Positions 17,757-26,672 of a stretch of 64,000 bases of DNA are shown piece after piece. Under the pieces are notes generated by a model that saw only the letters and a list, made by a program, of their open reading frames with translations, was not told the origin of the DNA and searched no databases. A program made the translations under genes and the position numbers. The stretch comes from an archaeon (GTDB lineage: Archaea > Thermoproteota > Nitrososphaeria > Nitrososphaerales > Gagatemarchaeaceae): contig JAJZNC010000004.1 of the NCBI GenBank assembly GCA_021848045.1, positions 8,611-72,610 of the forward strand, given 5' to 3'. Numbering within the stretch: the first letter of the stretch is position 1; each line of letters starts with the position of its first letter.

Positions 17757-17930
17757 CTGAAGACAAAGTGCGAGGAGTGTGACGCAGACGTCAACGTACC
17801 CGACGACGCCATCGTCGGGGAGATAGTGAAGTGCAAGGAGTGCGGCTCCGACTACGAGGTCGAGTCGATATCCAAGGCGGGCGTCAAGCTCAAGCCGGCG
17901 GAGGTCGCCGAGGAAGACTGGGGCGAGTAG
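17757..17930 (+). CDS. lysW: LysW-type amino-group carrier protein, copy 1 (57 aa; apparent CTG start)
   Basis: Too short for the ORF track. My translation is LKTKCEECDADVNVPDDAIVGEIVKCKECGSDYEVESISKAGVKLKPAEVAEEDWGE. It has two CxxC pairs and the diagnostic C-terminal EDWGE. GAGGTGA lies 8 nt upstream. Confidence 0.8.
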   Translation: MKTKCEECDADVNVPDDAIVGEIVKCKECGSDYEVESISKAGVKLKPAEVAEEDWGE

Positions 17931-17933
17931 GGT

Positions 17934-18791
17934 TTGAAGCTCTCGATAACCTTCGACAGGCTGCGCCTCGAAGAGAAGGAGCTCAAGAGCGAGGCAGAGA
18001 AGGCCGGGTGCACCACCGAGCTGATCGACGTCAGGAAGCTCGCCTTCAACGTCACCGGGAAGAGGGTCTGGAACGGGTTCGGGGACGTCGTCCTCCAGCG
18101 GTGCATCAGCTACTACCGATCGGCCTTCCTCACGAGGATCCTTGAGAACTTCGGGCTGAATGTGATCAACACGACGAAGGTCTCAGAGGCCTGCGGCAAC
18201 AAGCTGGTCACCTCGATGCTCCTGGCCAAGGCCGGCGTCCCCACGCCGAAGACCTACGTGGCCCTCTCCTCGGAGTCTGTCTTCGAGACGGCCAAGAAGG
18301 TGGGCTACCCGGTCGTGGTCAAGCCGTTCACGGGGAGCTGGGGGAGGATGGTCGACATCGCGAAGGAGCCGCAGACCCTCGGGACGATAGTGGAGTACCG
18401 CGAGTCGATGCAGAACCCGGTGGAGCACATGTACTACCTCCAGGAGTACGTCAAGAGGCCCCCGCGCGACATCCGGCTGATAGTCGCAGGCGACGAGGTG
18501 ATAGCCTCGGTCTACAGGAACGCCCCAACGGGCGAGTGGCGGACCAACGTGGCGAGGGGCGGGACCACGACGGCGTTCAAGCTCAACAAGGCGATCGAAG
18601 AGGTGACGCTCAGGGCCGCGCGAGCGGTGGGCGGAGGGATCCTCGGGGTCGACGCCATGGAGACCGAGGACGGCAGGTACACCGTCCACGAGGTCAACAA
18701 CACCGTGGAGTTCAAGGGGGCCCAGGCCTCGACCGAGCACAGGATAGCCAGGAAGATAGTCGAGTACGTGATGAAGGAGGCCAAGCGCTAG
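17934..18791 (+). CDS. lysX: LysX/ArgX-type ATP-grasp ligase (RimK family), copy 1
   Basis: 285-aa RimK-like ATP-grasp (YLQEYVKRPPRDIRL, WRTNVARGG, GVDAMET) placed directly after lysW. LysX versus ArgX specificity cannot be decided from sequence. Confidence 0.85.
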   Translation: MKLSITFDRLRLEEKELKSEAEKAGCTTELIDVRKLAFNVTGKRVWNGFGDVVLQRCISYYRSAFLTRILENFGLNVINTTKVSEACGNKLVTSMLLAKAGVPTPKTYVALSSESVFETAKKVGYPVVVKPFTGSWGRMVDIAKEPQTLGTIVEYRESMQNPVEHMYYLQEYVKRPPRDIRLIVAGDEVIASVYRNAPTGEWRTNVARGGTTTAFKLNKAIEEVTLRAARAVGGGILGVDAMETEDGRYTVHEVNNTVEFKGAQASTEHRIARKIVEYVMKEAKR

Positions 18792-19852
18792 TGGTGCGGG
18801 TCGGCGTCCTCGGCGCCTCCGGATACGCAGGCGGGGAGCTGCTCCGCCTCCTCCTGGCCCACGGCAAGGCGGAGCTAGCGTTCGCGAGCTCCAGGCGGTA
18901 CGCCGGGGAGTACCTCTTCAGGGTCCACCCAAACCTGAGGGGGGTCACCGAAATGCAGTTCGTCGGCAACGACATCTCGAAGGTCTCCGGGGGCGCCGAC
19001 CTCATCTTCACCGCCCTCCCGCACGGCCAGTCGATGAAGTTCCTCCCGGACCTCATAAAGACGGGGGTGAAGGTGGTAGACCTCAGCGCCGACTTCCGGC
19101 TGAAGGACCCGGCAGACTACGAGACCTGGTACGGGCTCAAACACCCGGCGCCGGACTGGCTCGACAAGTTCGTCTACGCCGTCCCCGAGCTCAACAAGGA
19201 CGAGATCAAGGCGGCCAGCCTCAGCGCCTCGCCCGGCTGCATGGCTATAGCCTCGATCCTCGCGCTCGCCCCGCTCTTCAAGCAGAAGGAGGTGAAGATA
19301 GACAAGGACCACGTGGTGGTGGACGCGAAGATAGCGTCCTCTGGCGCGGGAGGCAAGCCTTCGCTGGCCACGCACTTCTCCGAGCGGTACGGCGTCGTGC
19401 GCCCCTACAAGCCGGTCGGCCACAGGCACAGCGGGGAGATCGAGCAGGTGATGAGCGGGCTCTGCGGCTCGAAGGTGACCGTCTCGATGTCGGCGCACGC
19501 GATAAACATGGTCAGGGGCATACTCTCCACCTGCCACGTCTTCTACGAGGGGGATGTCCAGAACTCCGGCGTCTGGAAGATGTACAGGTCGCTCTACGGG
19601 GGCCAGCCGTTCGTCAGGATGGTGAAGGACAAGCAAGGGCCGTTCAGGCTGCCAGACCCGAAGGTGGTCGTGGGGTCGAACTTCTGCGACGTGGGCTTCG
19701 AGATCGACGCGAGGGGCCACCGGATAGTCGCCCTGGGGGCGATCGACAACCTCCTGAAGGGGGCGGCGGGGAACGCGGTCCAGGTGATGAACCTGATGAT
19801 GGGGTTCGACGAGAGGGAGGGGATAGCCGCGGCGCCCCTCCACCCGGTGTAG
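18791..19852 (+). CDS. lysY: [LysW]-aminoadipyl/glutamyl-phosphate reductase (ArgC/LysY)
   Basis: VRVGVLGASGYAGGELLRLL NAD motif and active-site SPGCMAIA. The GTG overlaps the lysX TAG by 1 nt. Confidence 0.9.
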   Translation: MVRVGVLGASGYAGGELLRLLLAHGKAELAFASSRRYAGEYLFRVHPNLRGVTEMQFVGNDISKVSGGADLIFTALPHGQSMKFLPDLIKTGVKVVDLSADFRLKDPADYETWYGLKHPAPDWLDKFVYAVPELNKDEIKAASLSASPGCMAIASILALAPLFKQKEVKIDKDHVVVDAKIASSGAGGKPSLATHFSERYGVVRPYKPVGHRHSGEIEQVMSGLCGSKVTVSMSAHAINMVRGILSTCHVFYEGDVQNSGVWKMYRSLYGGQPFVRMVKDKQGPFRLPDPKVVVGSNFCDVGFEIDARGHRIVALGAIDNLLKGAAGNAVQVMNLMMGFDEREGIAAAPLHPV

Positions 19853-19856
19853 GGGC

Positions 19857-20669
19857 ATGAGGACGGTAGTGAAGCTTGGAGGGGACATCGTGAAGGGCGA
19901 GGTCCCTGCCGAGTTCATGGCCGACCTGAAGAGGCTCCTCCAGACGAGCCAGGTGGTCCTCGTCCACGGAGGCGGCGACGTCGTGACAGAGGTCGCCACC
20001 AAGCTGGGCAAGGAGCAGCGCTTCGTGGTCTCGCCGGACGGCATGAAGAGCAGGTACACCGACCGGGCCACCGTCGAGATCTTCACGATGGTGATGTGCG
20101 GGATGATAGCCAAGAAGCTGGTCGAGCTCCTCGAGAGGGACGGGATCACCGCGGTCTCGCTCTCCGGCCTCGACGGCGGGGTCCTCCGCGCCACCCGCAA
20201 GAAGAAGCTGCTGATAGTCGACGAGCGGGGGCGCAAGGTCGCCATCGAGGGAGGGTACACGGGCAAGATGCAGTCGGCCGGTGGGCCGGTCATCGAGGCG
20301 CTGCTCGAGAAGGGGGTCGTCCCCGTCATATCGCCGGTGGCGATGGGGGAGGAGGCCGAGCCGCTCAACGTCGACTCGGACAGGGCCGCCGCCTTCATGG
20401 CGATGGGCATCAGGGCAGACTCGGTGCTCTTCCTCACCGACGTCAAGGGCTTCCTCATGGACGGCAAGGTAGTCGAGAAGCTCACGCCGGAGGGCGCCAG
20501 GGCGCTGCTCCCGAAGACGGGGTTCGGGATGCAGAAGAAGGTCCTGGCCGGCGTGGAGGCGATAGAGGCGGGCGTCGGCGAGGCGATAATAGCGTCGGGC
20601 TTCGGCCCCGCGCCGCTCACCAGCGCGCTCGGGCACCAGGGCTGCACCGTCATGTCGAGGGGGGCGTGA
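19857..20669 (+). CDS. lysZ: [LysW]-aminoadipate/glutamate kinase (ArgB/LysZ)
   Basis: Amino-acid kinase family: VVKLGGD, VLVHGGG, NVDSD. Confidence 0.88.
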   Translation: MRTVVKLGGDIVKGEVPAEFMADLKRLLQTSQVVLVHGGGDVVTEVATKLGKEQRFVVSPDGMKSRYTDRATVEIFTMVMCGMIAKKLVELLERDGITAVSLSGLDGGVLRATRKKKLLIVDERGRKVAIEGGYTGKMQSAGGPVIEALLEKGVVPVISPVAMGEEAEPLNVDSDRAAAFMAMGIRADSVLFLTDVKGFLMDGKVVEKLTPEGARALLPKTGFGMQKKVLAGVEAIEAGVGEAIIASGFGPAPLTSALGHQGCTVMSRGA

Positions 20670-20703
20670 GGCGGTCCTGGCGACCGGGGGGAGGCGGCTG
20701 GAC

Positions 20704-21915
20704 GTGATCGCGACGGAGGACGCCCACGGCCCGCACACATACCAAAAGTTCCCGATCGCGATAGTGCGGGGCAAGGGAGCCCTCGTCTGGGACGACAAGG
20801 GGAGGGAGTACATCGACAGCATGGGAGGCTATGGAGTCGCCATCGTCGGCCACTCAAACCCCGCCGTCGTCGCTGCGATAAGGCGGCAGGCGGAGAAGCT
20901 GATAATCTGCCACGGCTCGCTGTACAACGACGCCCGGGCGGAGTTCCTCGATACCCTCGCGAGGTACTCGCCCAGGGGGCTGGACGCAGCATTCCTCTCC
21001 AACAGCGGGGCGGAGGCGGTCGAGGTCGCGCTCAAGCTCGCCCGAAAGGTGACCGGAAGGAAGGGGCTCGTGGCGATGCAGGGGGCGTACCACGGCAAGA
21101 CCGCCGGGGCCCTCTCAGCCACCTGGAGCAAGAAGTACAAGGAGCCGTTCGAGCCGCTCCTCGAGGGGGTCAGGCACGTCGCCCTGGGCGACCTCGCCGC
21201 CGTCGAGCGAGAGGTTGACGACGACGTCGGGGCTGTCATAGTGGAGCCTATCCAGGGGGAGGGCGGGATCATGCTCCCCCCAGACGGCTTCTTCAAGGGG
21301 GTCAGGGAGATCTGCGACAAGAAGGGCGTGCTGCTCATCGCCGACGAGATCCAGACGGGGCTCGGCCGCACCGGGAAGCTCTGGGCGATGGAGAACTGGG
21401 GGGTCGTCCCCGACGTGATGACCCTCGCCAAGGGCCTGGCCGGAGGCGTGCCCATAGGTGCTACCGTGACGACTGCGGAGATACTCAACTCGCTCAAGAA
21501 GGGCGAGCAGACGAGCACCTTCGGGGGCAACCCGCTCGCCTGCGCCGCTGGGACGGCGACCCTCAACCACATCGTGAAGAACGACCTCCCCGGAAAGGCG
21601 AAGGCGAAGGGGAGGGTGTACCTGGACAGGCTCAAGAAGATGGGGGCGGAGCACTTCCTCACGAGGGAGGCGAGGGGGATGGGGCTGATGCTCGCGTACG
21701 AGATGAGGGTCGACATGCCAGACGTCCTCAACGACTCGATAAGGCGCGGCGTCATATTCACGTACTCCGGGCGCACGATAATCCGGATGCTCCCGCCCCT
21801 CGTCATCACCGACGCCCAGATCGCAACGGCCGTGAGGCTGCTCGGGGACGCGGTGGGCGCGGAGGAGGCGAAGCGGTCTCACGCTTCGGGCGGCGGTGCG
21901 CTTGGACGAGACTGA
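20704..21915 (+). CDS. lysJ: Class III aminotransferase (ArgD/LysJ)
   Basis: DEIQTGLGRTGK, PLP-lysine context TLAKGLAGG, and STFGGNPLA. Confidence 0.9.
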   Translation: MIATEDAHGPHTYQKFPIAIVRGKGALVWDDKGREYIDSMGGYGVAIVGHSNPAVVAAIRRQAEKLIICHGSLYNDARAEFLDTLARYSPRGLDAAFLSNSGAEAVEVALKLARKVTGRKGLVAMQGAYHGKTAGALSATWSKKYKEPFEPLLEGVRHVALGDLAAVEREVDDDVGAVIVEPIQGEGGIMLPPDGFFKGVREICDKKGVLLIADEIQTGLGRTGKLWAMENWGVVPDVMTLAKGLAGGVPIGATVTTAEILNSLKKGEQTSTFGGNPLACAAGTATLNHIVKNDLPGKAKAKGRVYLDRLKKMGAEHFLTREARGMGLMLAYEMRVDMPDVLNDSIRRGVIFTYSGRTIIRMLPPLVITDAQIATAVRLLGDAVGAEEAKRSHASGGGALGRD

Positions 21916-22318
21916 CGGGCTCATACTGAAGGCCCTCCGGGATGACGCCAGGCTCCCCTTCGTAGAGATAGCAGGGAGGGTGGGCCTCTCGGAGGCCGCC
22001 GTCCGCAGGAGGGTCGCGAACCTCGTGCAGGCGGGGACGATAAAGAAGTTCACCGTCGTCGTAGAAGAGGACAAGGAGTCGACGAGCGCGATAACGTACG
22101 TCTCGGTCTCCCCTTCCCACCCGACCTCGGAGGTCAGCAAGAAGCTCGAGTCGATCCCGGGGGTCGAGTCGATCTACGAGACGACCGGCTCGTACGACAT
22201 CGCGGCCATAATCAAGGGCGCTAACATCGAGGAGGTGAACAGGTCCGTGGAGGAGATACGCAGGATCGGCGGGGTCCTCAAGACCGAGACGACCATCATC
22301 CTGCGGACCATACGATGA
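21896..22318 (+). CDS. Lrp/AsnC-family transcriptional regulator (LysM-like position in the cluster)
   Basis: 140 aa: HTH DGLILKALRDDARLPFVEIAGRVGLSEAAVRRRVANL plus a RAM domain. Confidence 0.85.
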   Translation: MRLDETDGLILKALRDDARLPFVEIAGRVGLSEAAVRRRVANLVQAGTIKKFTVVVEEDKESTSAITYVSVSPSHPTSEVSKKLESIPGVESIYETTGSYDIAAIIKGANIEEVNRSVEEIRRIGGVLKTETTIILRTIR

Positions 22319-22384
22319 GCTTGAAGGGGTTATCATTAAATAGAGTCTCCAGTCGAGCGGTCGAATGGACCCGGAGGTGAGTCG

Positions 22385-22558
22385 CTGACGAACTGCGAAG
22401 AGTGCGATGCACAGCTCACGATCCCTGGCGACGCGATCAACGGCGAGATAGTCGCATGCAAGGACTGCGGGACGTCCTACGAGGTGAAGAAGGACGAGTC
22501 CTCCGGGCTGGTCACGCTAAAGCCTGCCGACAAAGAGCAAGAGGACTGGGGCGAGTAG
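22385..22558 (+). CDS. lysW: LysW-type amino-group carrier protein, copy 2 (57 aa; apparent CTG start)
   Basis: My translation is LTNCEECDAQLTIPGDAINGEIVACKDCGTSYEVKKDESSGLVTLKPADKEQEDWGE. GGAGGTGA lies 4 nt upstream. There is no ATG/GTG/TTG in frame after the TAA at 22337. Confidence 0.8.
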   Translation: MTNCEECDAQLTIPGDAINGEIVACKDCGTSYEVKKDESSGLVTLKPADKEQEDWGE

Positions 22559-22563
22559 CCGCT

Positions 22564-23415
22564 TTGGCTTCGCTCGCTCTCCTGTACGACGTCATTAGGT
22601 GGGAAGAGAAGGCCCTCTCCATAGCCGCGGACAAGAGGGGCGTCGGGCTCGCCATGGTCGACTCGCGCGAGATGTCGCTGGCCGTGAAGCGCGGCGGCAA
22701 GTCGGGCGTCGGCGAGAGGACGGTCCTCCAGAGGTGTGTCAGCCACTACCGGAACCTCTACTCCACCGCCCTCCTTGAGAACCTTGGCCACACGGTGGTC
22801 AACTCGTTCGAGACCGCCCTGACCTCCAGCGACAAGCTCCTCGGGAGCATCGCCCTCTCAAAGGCCGGCGTGCCCACCCCGGAGACCCTGGTGGCGTTCA
22901 CCGAGGAGGGCGCCGCGAAGGCGGCCGAGGAGCTGGGCTACCCCGCCGTCCTGAAGCCGGTCGTCGGGAGCTGGGGGCGGCTCTCCGTGAAGCTGAAGGA
23001 CAGGGACTTCCTCCGGGCGGTCATAGAGGACAGGGAGTACATGCACCCGAGCTACCACGTCTACTACCTGCAGGAGTACGTGAAGCGCCCCCCGCGGGAC
23101 ATCCGGACATTCGTCCTGGGCGGGAGGACCATCGCCGCGATCTACCGCGTCTCCGGGGACGACTGGAGGACCAACACCGCGAGGGGGAGCAAGGCGGAGC
23201 CCTGCAAGGTAACCAACGAGATAGACGACATATCGGTGAGGGCTGCGAAGGCGGTCGGGGGGGTCTTCGTCGGCGTCGACCTCATGGAGTCGCCCTCGGG
23301 CCTCGTCTGCCACGAGGTGAACAACACCACCGAGTTCAAGAACACCGTCCCCGCCACCGGCATCGACATCCCTGGGCTGGCGATCGAGTACCTCGCCTCC
23401 CTCGACAAGCGATGA
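22564..23415 (+). CDS. LysX/ArgX-type ATP-grasp ligase, copy 2
   Basis: Paralogue of 17934..18791 (YLQEYVKRPPRDIRT, WRTNTARGS, GVDLMES). The track ORF is trimmed to TTG 22564, just after the lysW2 stop. Confidence 0.85.
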   Translation: MASLALLYDVIRWEEKALSIAADKRGVGLAMVDSREMSLAVKRGGKSGVGERTVLQRCVSHYRNLYSTALLENLGHTVVNSFETALTSSDKLLGSIALSKAGVPTPETLVAFTEEGAAKAAEELGYPAVLKPVVGSWGRLSVKLKDRDFLRAVIEDREYMHPSYHVYYLQEYVKRPPRDIRTFVLGGRTIAAIYRVSGDDWRTNTARGSKAEPCKVTNEIDDISVRAAKAVGGVFVGVDLMESPSGLVCHEVNNTTEFKNTVPATGIDIPGLAIEYLASLDKR

Positions 23416-24536
23416 CCTCGATGAGACCGGCCGTCGACCCGGCGGTAAGGCTCCTCCTGGACGCCCTCGGGACCTACTCGGTCTCCACGAAGGAGGAGCG
23501 ACTCTCGAAGCTCCTCAGGGCGCGTATGAAGGAGCGGGGGTTCAAGGGCGTCCGGACGGACAAGGCGGGGAACGCGATCGGCGAGGTCGGGAGCGGGCGC
23601 CCGCACGTCCTGCTCTGCGGGCACATGGACACCGTCCCGGGCTTCATCAAGCCGAGGGTCGTGGGGGACCGGGTCTACGGCCGAGGGGCCTCGGACGCAA
23701 AGTCCCCGATGTGCGCGATGCTCTCCGCGGTGAGCCGGGGAGCCGTCCCCGAGGGGATGAAGGTCACCATGGCCTGCGTGACCAGGGAGGAGGGAGACAG
23801 CCTCGGGGTCGAGACGCTAATAGCGGCAGGGGGGGACTACGACTACGCGGTCTTCGGCGAGCCCGCCGGCGCCGCGCGGATAACCGTCGGGTACAGGGGG
23901 AGGACCGCCGCCAGGGTCTCCGTGAAGACCCACGGGGGGCACGCGTCCTCCTCGTGGGCGCACCCGAGCGCGGTGGACGAGTCCCTCGCGATAATGTCCC
24001 TCATCAAGGAGTACGAGGCCAAGAACACCGTGGTGGGCGACCATTTCAGGTCGCTCAGCGCCTCGCTGACGGTGATAAGGGGAGGGGGGTACTCGAACGT
24101 CGTCCCGAAGAAGTGCGACATGACCTTCGACGTCCGGATCCCTCCTGGCAGGACCTCGGCCGGGGTCAAGGATGACCTCGCCGCGATCGTGGGAGGCTAC
24201 GCGCGGATGAAGGGGGGGCTCGAGGCGGCCGTCGAGTTCGAAGGCTCGACCGAGGCCTACGACGCCCCGTTGGACTCGGTCGTGGTGAGGGGCTTCCAGC
24301 GCTCCATCCTGAAGACCCTGAACACCAGGCCTGTCCTGACCCACAAGACCGGGACCGGCGACATGAACACGCTCGCGGAGAGGATGAAGATCCCCTGCCT
24401 CACCTACGGGCCCGCCGACTCCAACCTCGGCCACACCGAGATGGAGTTCGTCGAGATCCCAGACTACCTCGGCTCGATCCGGGTGATCTCTGGGGCGCTC
24501 CTCGAGATCAAGGGGCTCCACTCGAGGGCCGGCTGA
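23412..24536 (+). CDS. lysK: [LysW]-lysine/ornithine hydrolase (ArgE/LysK, M20 peptidase)
   Basis: CGHMDTVPG and the M20 dimerisation insert. ATGA overlap with the preceding stop. Confidence 0.85.
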   Translation: MTSMRPAVDPAVRLLLDALGTYSVSTKEERLSKLLRARMKERGFKGVRTDKAGNAIGEVGSGRPHVLLCGHMDTVPGFIKPRVVGDRVYGRGASDAKSPMCAMLSAVSRGAVPEGMKVTMACVTREEGDSLGVETLIAAGGDYDYAVFGEPAGAARITVGYRGRTAARVSVKTHGGHASSSWAHPSAVDESLAIMSLIKEYEAKNTVVGDHFRSLSASLTVIRGGGYSNVVPKKCDMTFDVRIPPGRTSAGVKDDLAAIVGGYARMKGGLEAAVEFEGSTEAYDAPLDSVVVRGFQRSILKTLNTRPVLTHKTGTGDMNTLAERMKIPCLTYGPADSNLGHTEMEFVEIPDYLGSIRVISGALLEIKGLHSRAG

Positions 24537-24538
24537 GG

Positions 24539-25759
24539 CTAGCTCTCCACCCTGTACTTCATCCTGGACTTGGCCAGCGCCGAGACCAGGGTCTTCGTGT
24601 GCTGCGCGTTCTGGGTCTCCAGGTTGAATATCACCTCCGCCTTGCCGATCGGGACGCCCTCTCCCACCCTGTCGTGCTCGATGCTGATGACGTGCGCCCT
24701 CGACCCGGCAACCACGTCCATGATGTCCCTCAAGGCGGTGGGCTTGTCGGAGATGAGGATCCTCACCCTGACCAGCCTGCGCTGCTTCTCGAGCACCTTC
24801 GTCACTATCTGGTCGAGCAGGTACATGTCTATGTTCCCGCCGCTGACCACCGCGGCGGTCCTCGTCCCCCTCGCCTTCACCAGCCCTGCCATGCAGGCGG
24901 CCACGCTGGCGGCCCCTGCGGGCTCCGCGACGAGCTTCATCCTCTCCAGCATGAAGAAGATCGCGCCCGCGATGTCCGCGTCGGAGACCAGGACGACGTC
25001 GTCCACGTGCTTCCTGATCAGTTTGTAGGTTAGCTTCCCGGGCTGCTTGACCGCTATCCCGTCCGCGATCGTCTCCTGCGTCTTGTACGGGACCATCTTC
25101 GCCGTCTTGAACGCCATGTACATGCTGGGGAATGCCTCCGACTGCACCCCGACGACCTTGACGGAGGGCTTGATGCTCTTGGCCGCCACGGCGACGCCGG
25201 AGATGAGCCCCCCGCCCCCGATCGCCACGACGAGGCTCTCCAGGTCGGGGACCGCGCTCATCATCTCAAGGCCCACGGTCCCCTGCCCGGCAACCACCAG
25301 GGGGTCGTCGAACGCGTGGATCAGTGTCGCCTCCTCCTTCCTGACTATCTCGCGGGCCATCTCGAGGGCGTCCTCGAAGTTGGCCCCGTGGAGGACCACC
25401 CTCGCCCCGTACCCCTTCGTCGCGTCGATCTTCGCGGGGGACGCGCCCTCGGGCATCACGATGGTCGACCTCACGCCCAGCAGGGTCGCGGCGAGGGCCA
25501 CACCCTGCGCGTGGTTCCCCGCGGAGGCGGCCACCACGCCCCGCTTCCTCTCAGAGTCCGCGAGGGAGTAGATCTTGTAGTAGGCTCCGCGCATCTTGAA
25601 CGACCCCGAGCGCTGGAGGTTCTCCGTCTTCAGGTAGAGGTCCATCCCGGTCTGCTCGCTCAGCGTCCTCGAATGGTCGAGCGGGGTGACGCGCGTGACG
25701 CCCTTCAGCACCGAGGCAGCCTTCTCTATCTCCCCTAGGGTCACCTCCTGGTCTTCCAT
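24539..25759 (-). CDS. Threonine ammonia-lyase (threonine dehydratase), PLP-dependent, with C-terminal regulatory domain
   Basis: SGSFKMRGA (PLP Lys), GNHAQG, GGGGLISG, and an ACT-like tail. Confidence 0.85.
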   Translation of the reverse strand: MEDQEVTLGEIEKAASVLKGVTRVTPLDHSRTLSEQTGMDLYLKTENLQRSGSFKMRGAYYKIYSLADSERKRGVVAASAGNHAQGVALAATLLGVRSTIVMPEGASPAKIDATKGYGARVVLHGANFEDALEMAREIVRKEEATLIHAFDDPLVVAGQGTVGLEMMSAVPDLESLVVAIGGGGLISGVAVAAKSIKPSVKVVGVQSEAFPSMYMAFKTAKMVPYKTQETIADGIAVKQPGKLTYKLIRKHVDDVVLVSDADIAGAIFFMLERMKLVAEPAGAASVAACMAGLVKARGTRTAAVVSGGNIDMYLLDQIVTKVLEKQRRLVRVRILISDKPTALRDIMDVVAGSRAHVISIEHDRVGEGVPIGKAEVIFNLETQNAQHTKTLVSALAKSRMKYRVES

Positions 25760-25760
25760 G

Positions 25761-26576
25761 TCACTCCGCCTCCGCGGCGGCCCTCGGGCCCTCCTCCCAC
25801 CCGAACGGGTCCCCGAGGCTCCACCTCTCGTCGCCGTACTTCGCTTCGAGCAGCTCCTCCGCCAGCCGACGCTCGCGCTCGTCTGGCCTCCCCCTTGCGA
25901 TTGTCAACTTCGTCTCGTCAGCGAGAGTCTTCACGAAGGTGCGAATAAACGAATCTGCCGCCACGAGCGAGTTCGCGGTGCGCACGTCGCGGCTCCTGGC
26001 GTACCGCCTCTCGAGCTTCTCGGGCGAGGGGGTGGTGAGCGCCTTCACCCTCGCGAGGTCCGCGGAGACGAGGAGCGTCCCGTGGCACACGAGCCCGTTC
26101 CTTGAGACGTAGGCGGCCATCCCAGATATCTTCCCTTCCACCGTCACGAGGCTGTTGGGCGGGTCGAGCCTGGCGTCCACCCCGCACGCACCGAGCGAGG
26201 AGAGGACGGGGGCGGACGCCCTCCTGAATATCGCGCGGGGGCTCGACTCGTACCTGAGCGCCCCCGAGACCATCTTCCTCGAGACGAAGAGCGACCAGTT
26301 GAGGTTGCCCGGGCCGTTGTAGACCGCCCCTCCCGCGGTGAACCTCCTGACGACGGGGACCCCCTCGGCCTCGCACCGCGCGAGGTCAGTCTCGAACCGG
26401 GCCACCTGGGCGCGGCCGATTATCACCGACTCCCTGTTCTCCCAGATCCTGGCTACGAACGACTCGTTACTGAGGAAGATCGCCTCCTCGAGGGCTAGGT
26501 TCGCCGCGGGGTCGTCCTCCCCGCCTCGCCCTGCGGGAAGGATGACCCTCCCCTCGCCCTCGCCAGCCTGGCCCAA
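25761..26576 (-). CDS. lplA: Lipoate-protein ligase A family (catalytic domain)
   Basis: NLALEEAIF.., RRFTAGGAVYNGPGNLNWSL, KISGMAAY (lipoyl-AMP Lys). The N-terminal 89 codons of the track ORF are RGP-rich shadow. I start at TTG 26576. Confidence 0.75.
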   Translation of the reverse strand: MGQAGEGEGRVILPAGRGGEDDPAANLALEEAIFLSNESFVARIWENRESVIIGRAQVARFETDLARCEAEGVPVVRRFTAGGAVYNGPGNLNWSLFVSRKMVSGALRYESSPRAIFRRASAPVLSSLGACGVDARLDPPNSLVTVEGKISGMAAYVSRNGLVCHGTLLVSADLARVKALTTPSPEKLERRYARSRDVRTANSLVAADSFIRTFVKTLADETKLTIARGRPDERERRLAEELLEAKYGDERWSLGDPFGWEEGPRAAAEAE

Positions 26577-26641
26577 CTCCGCTTGCGGAGCCGTCCCGGG
26601 GGAGTGAAAAGCCTTTGGCCGGGGCCGCCGGCGAGCACCTT

Positions 26642-26649
26642 CATAAAGG
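26642..26649 (+). promoter_or_regulatory. TATA-like element (CATAAAGG) for archease-rtcB
   Basis: Centred about 27 nt upstream of TTG 26673. Confidence 0.4.
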
Positions 26650-26672
26650 CCAGGGGGAGGGTCCCGACAGCC

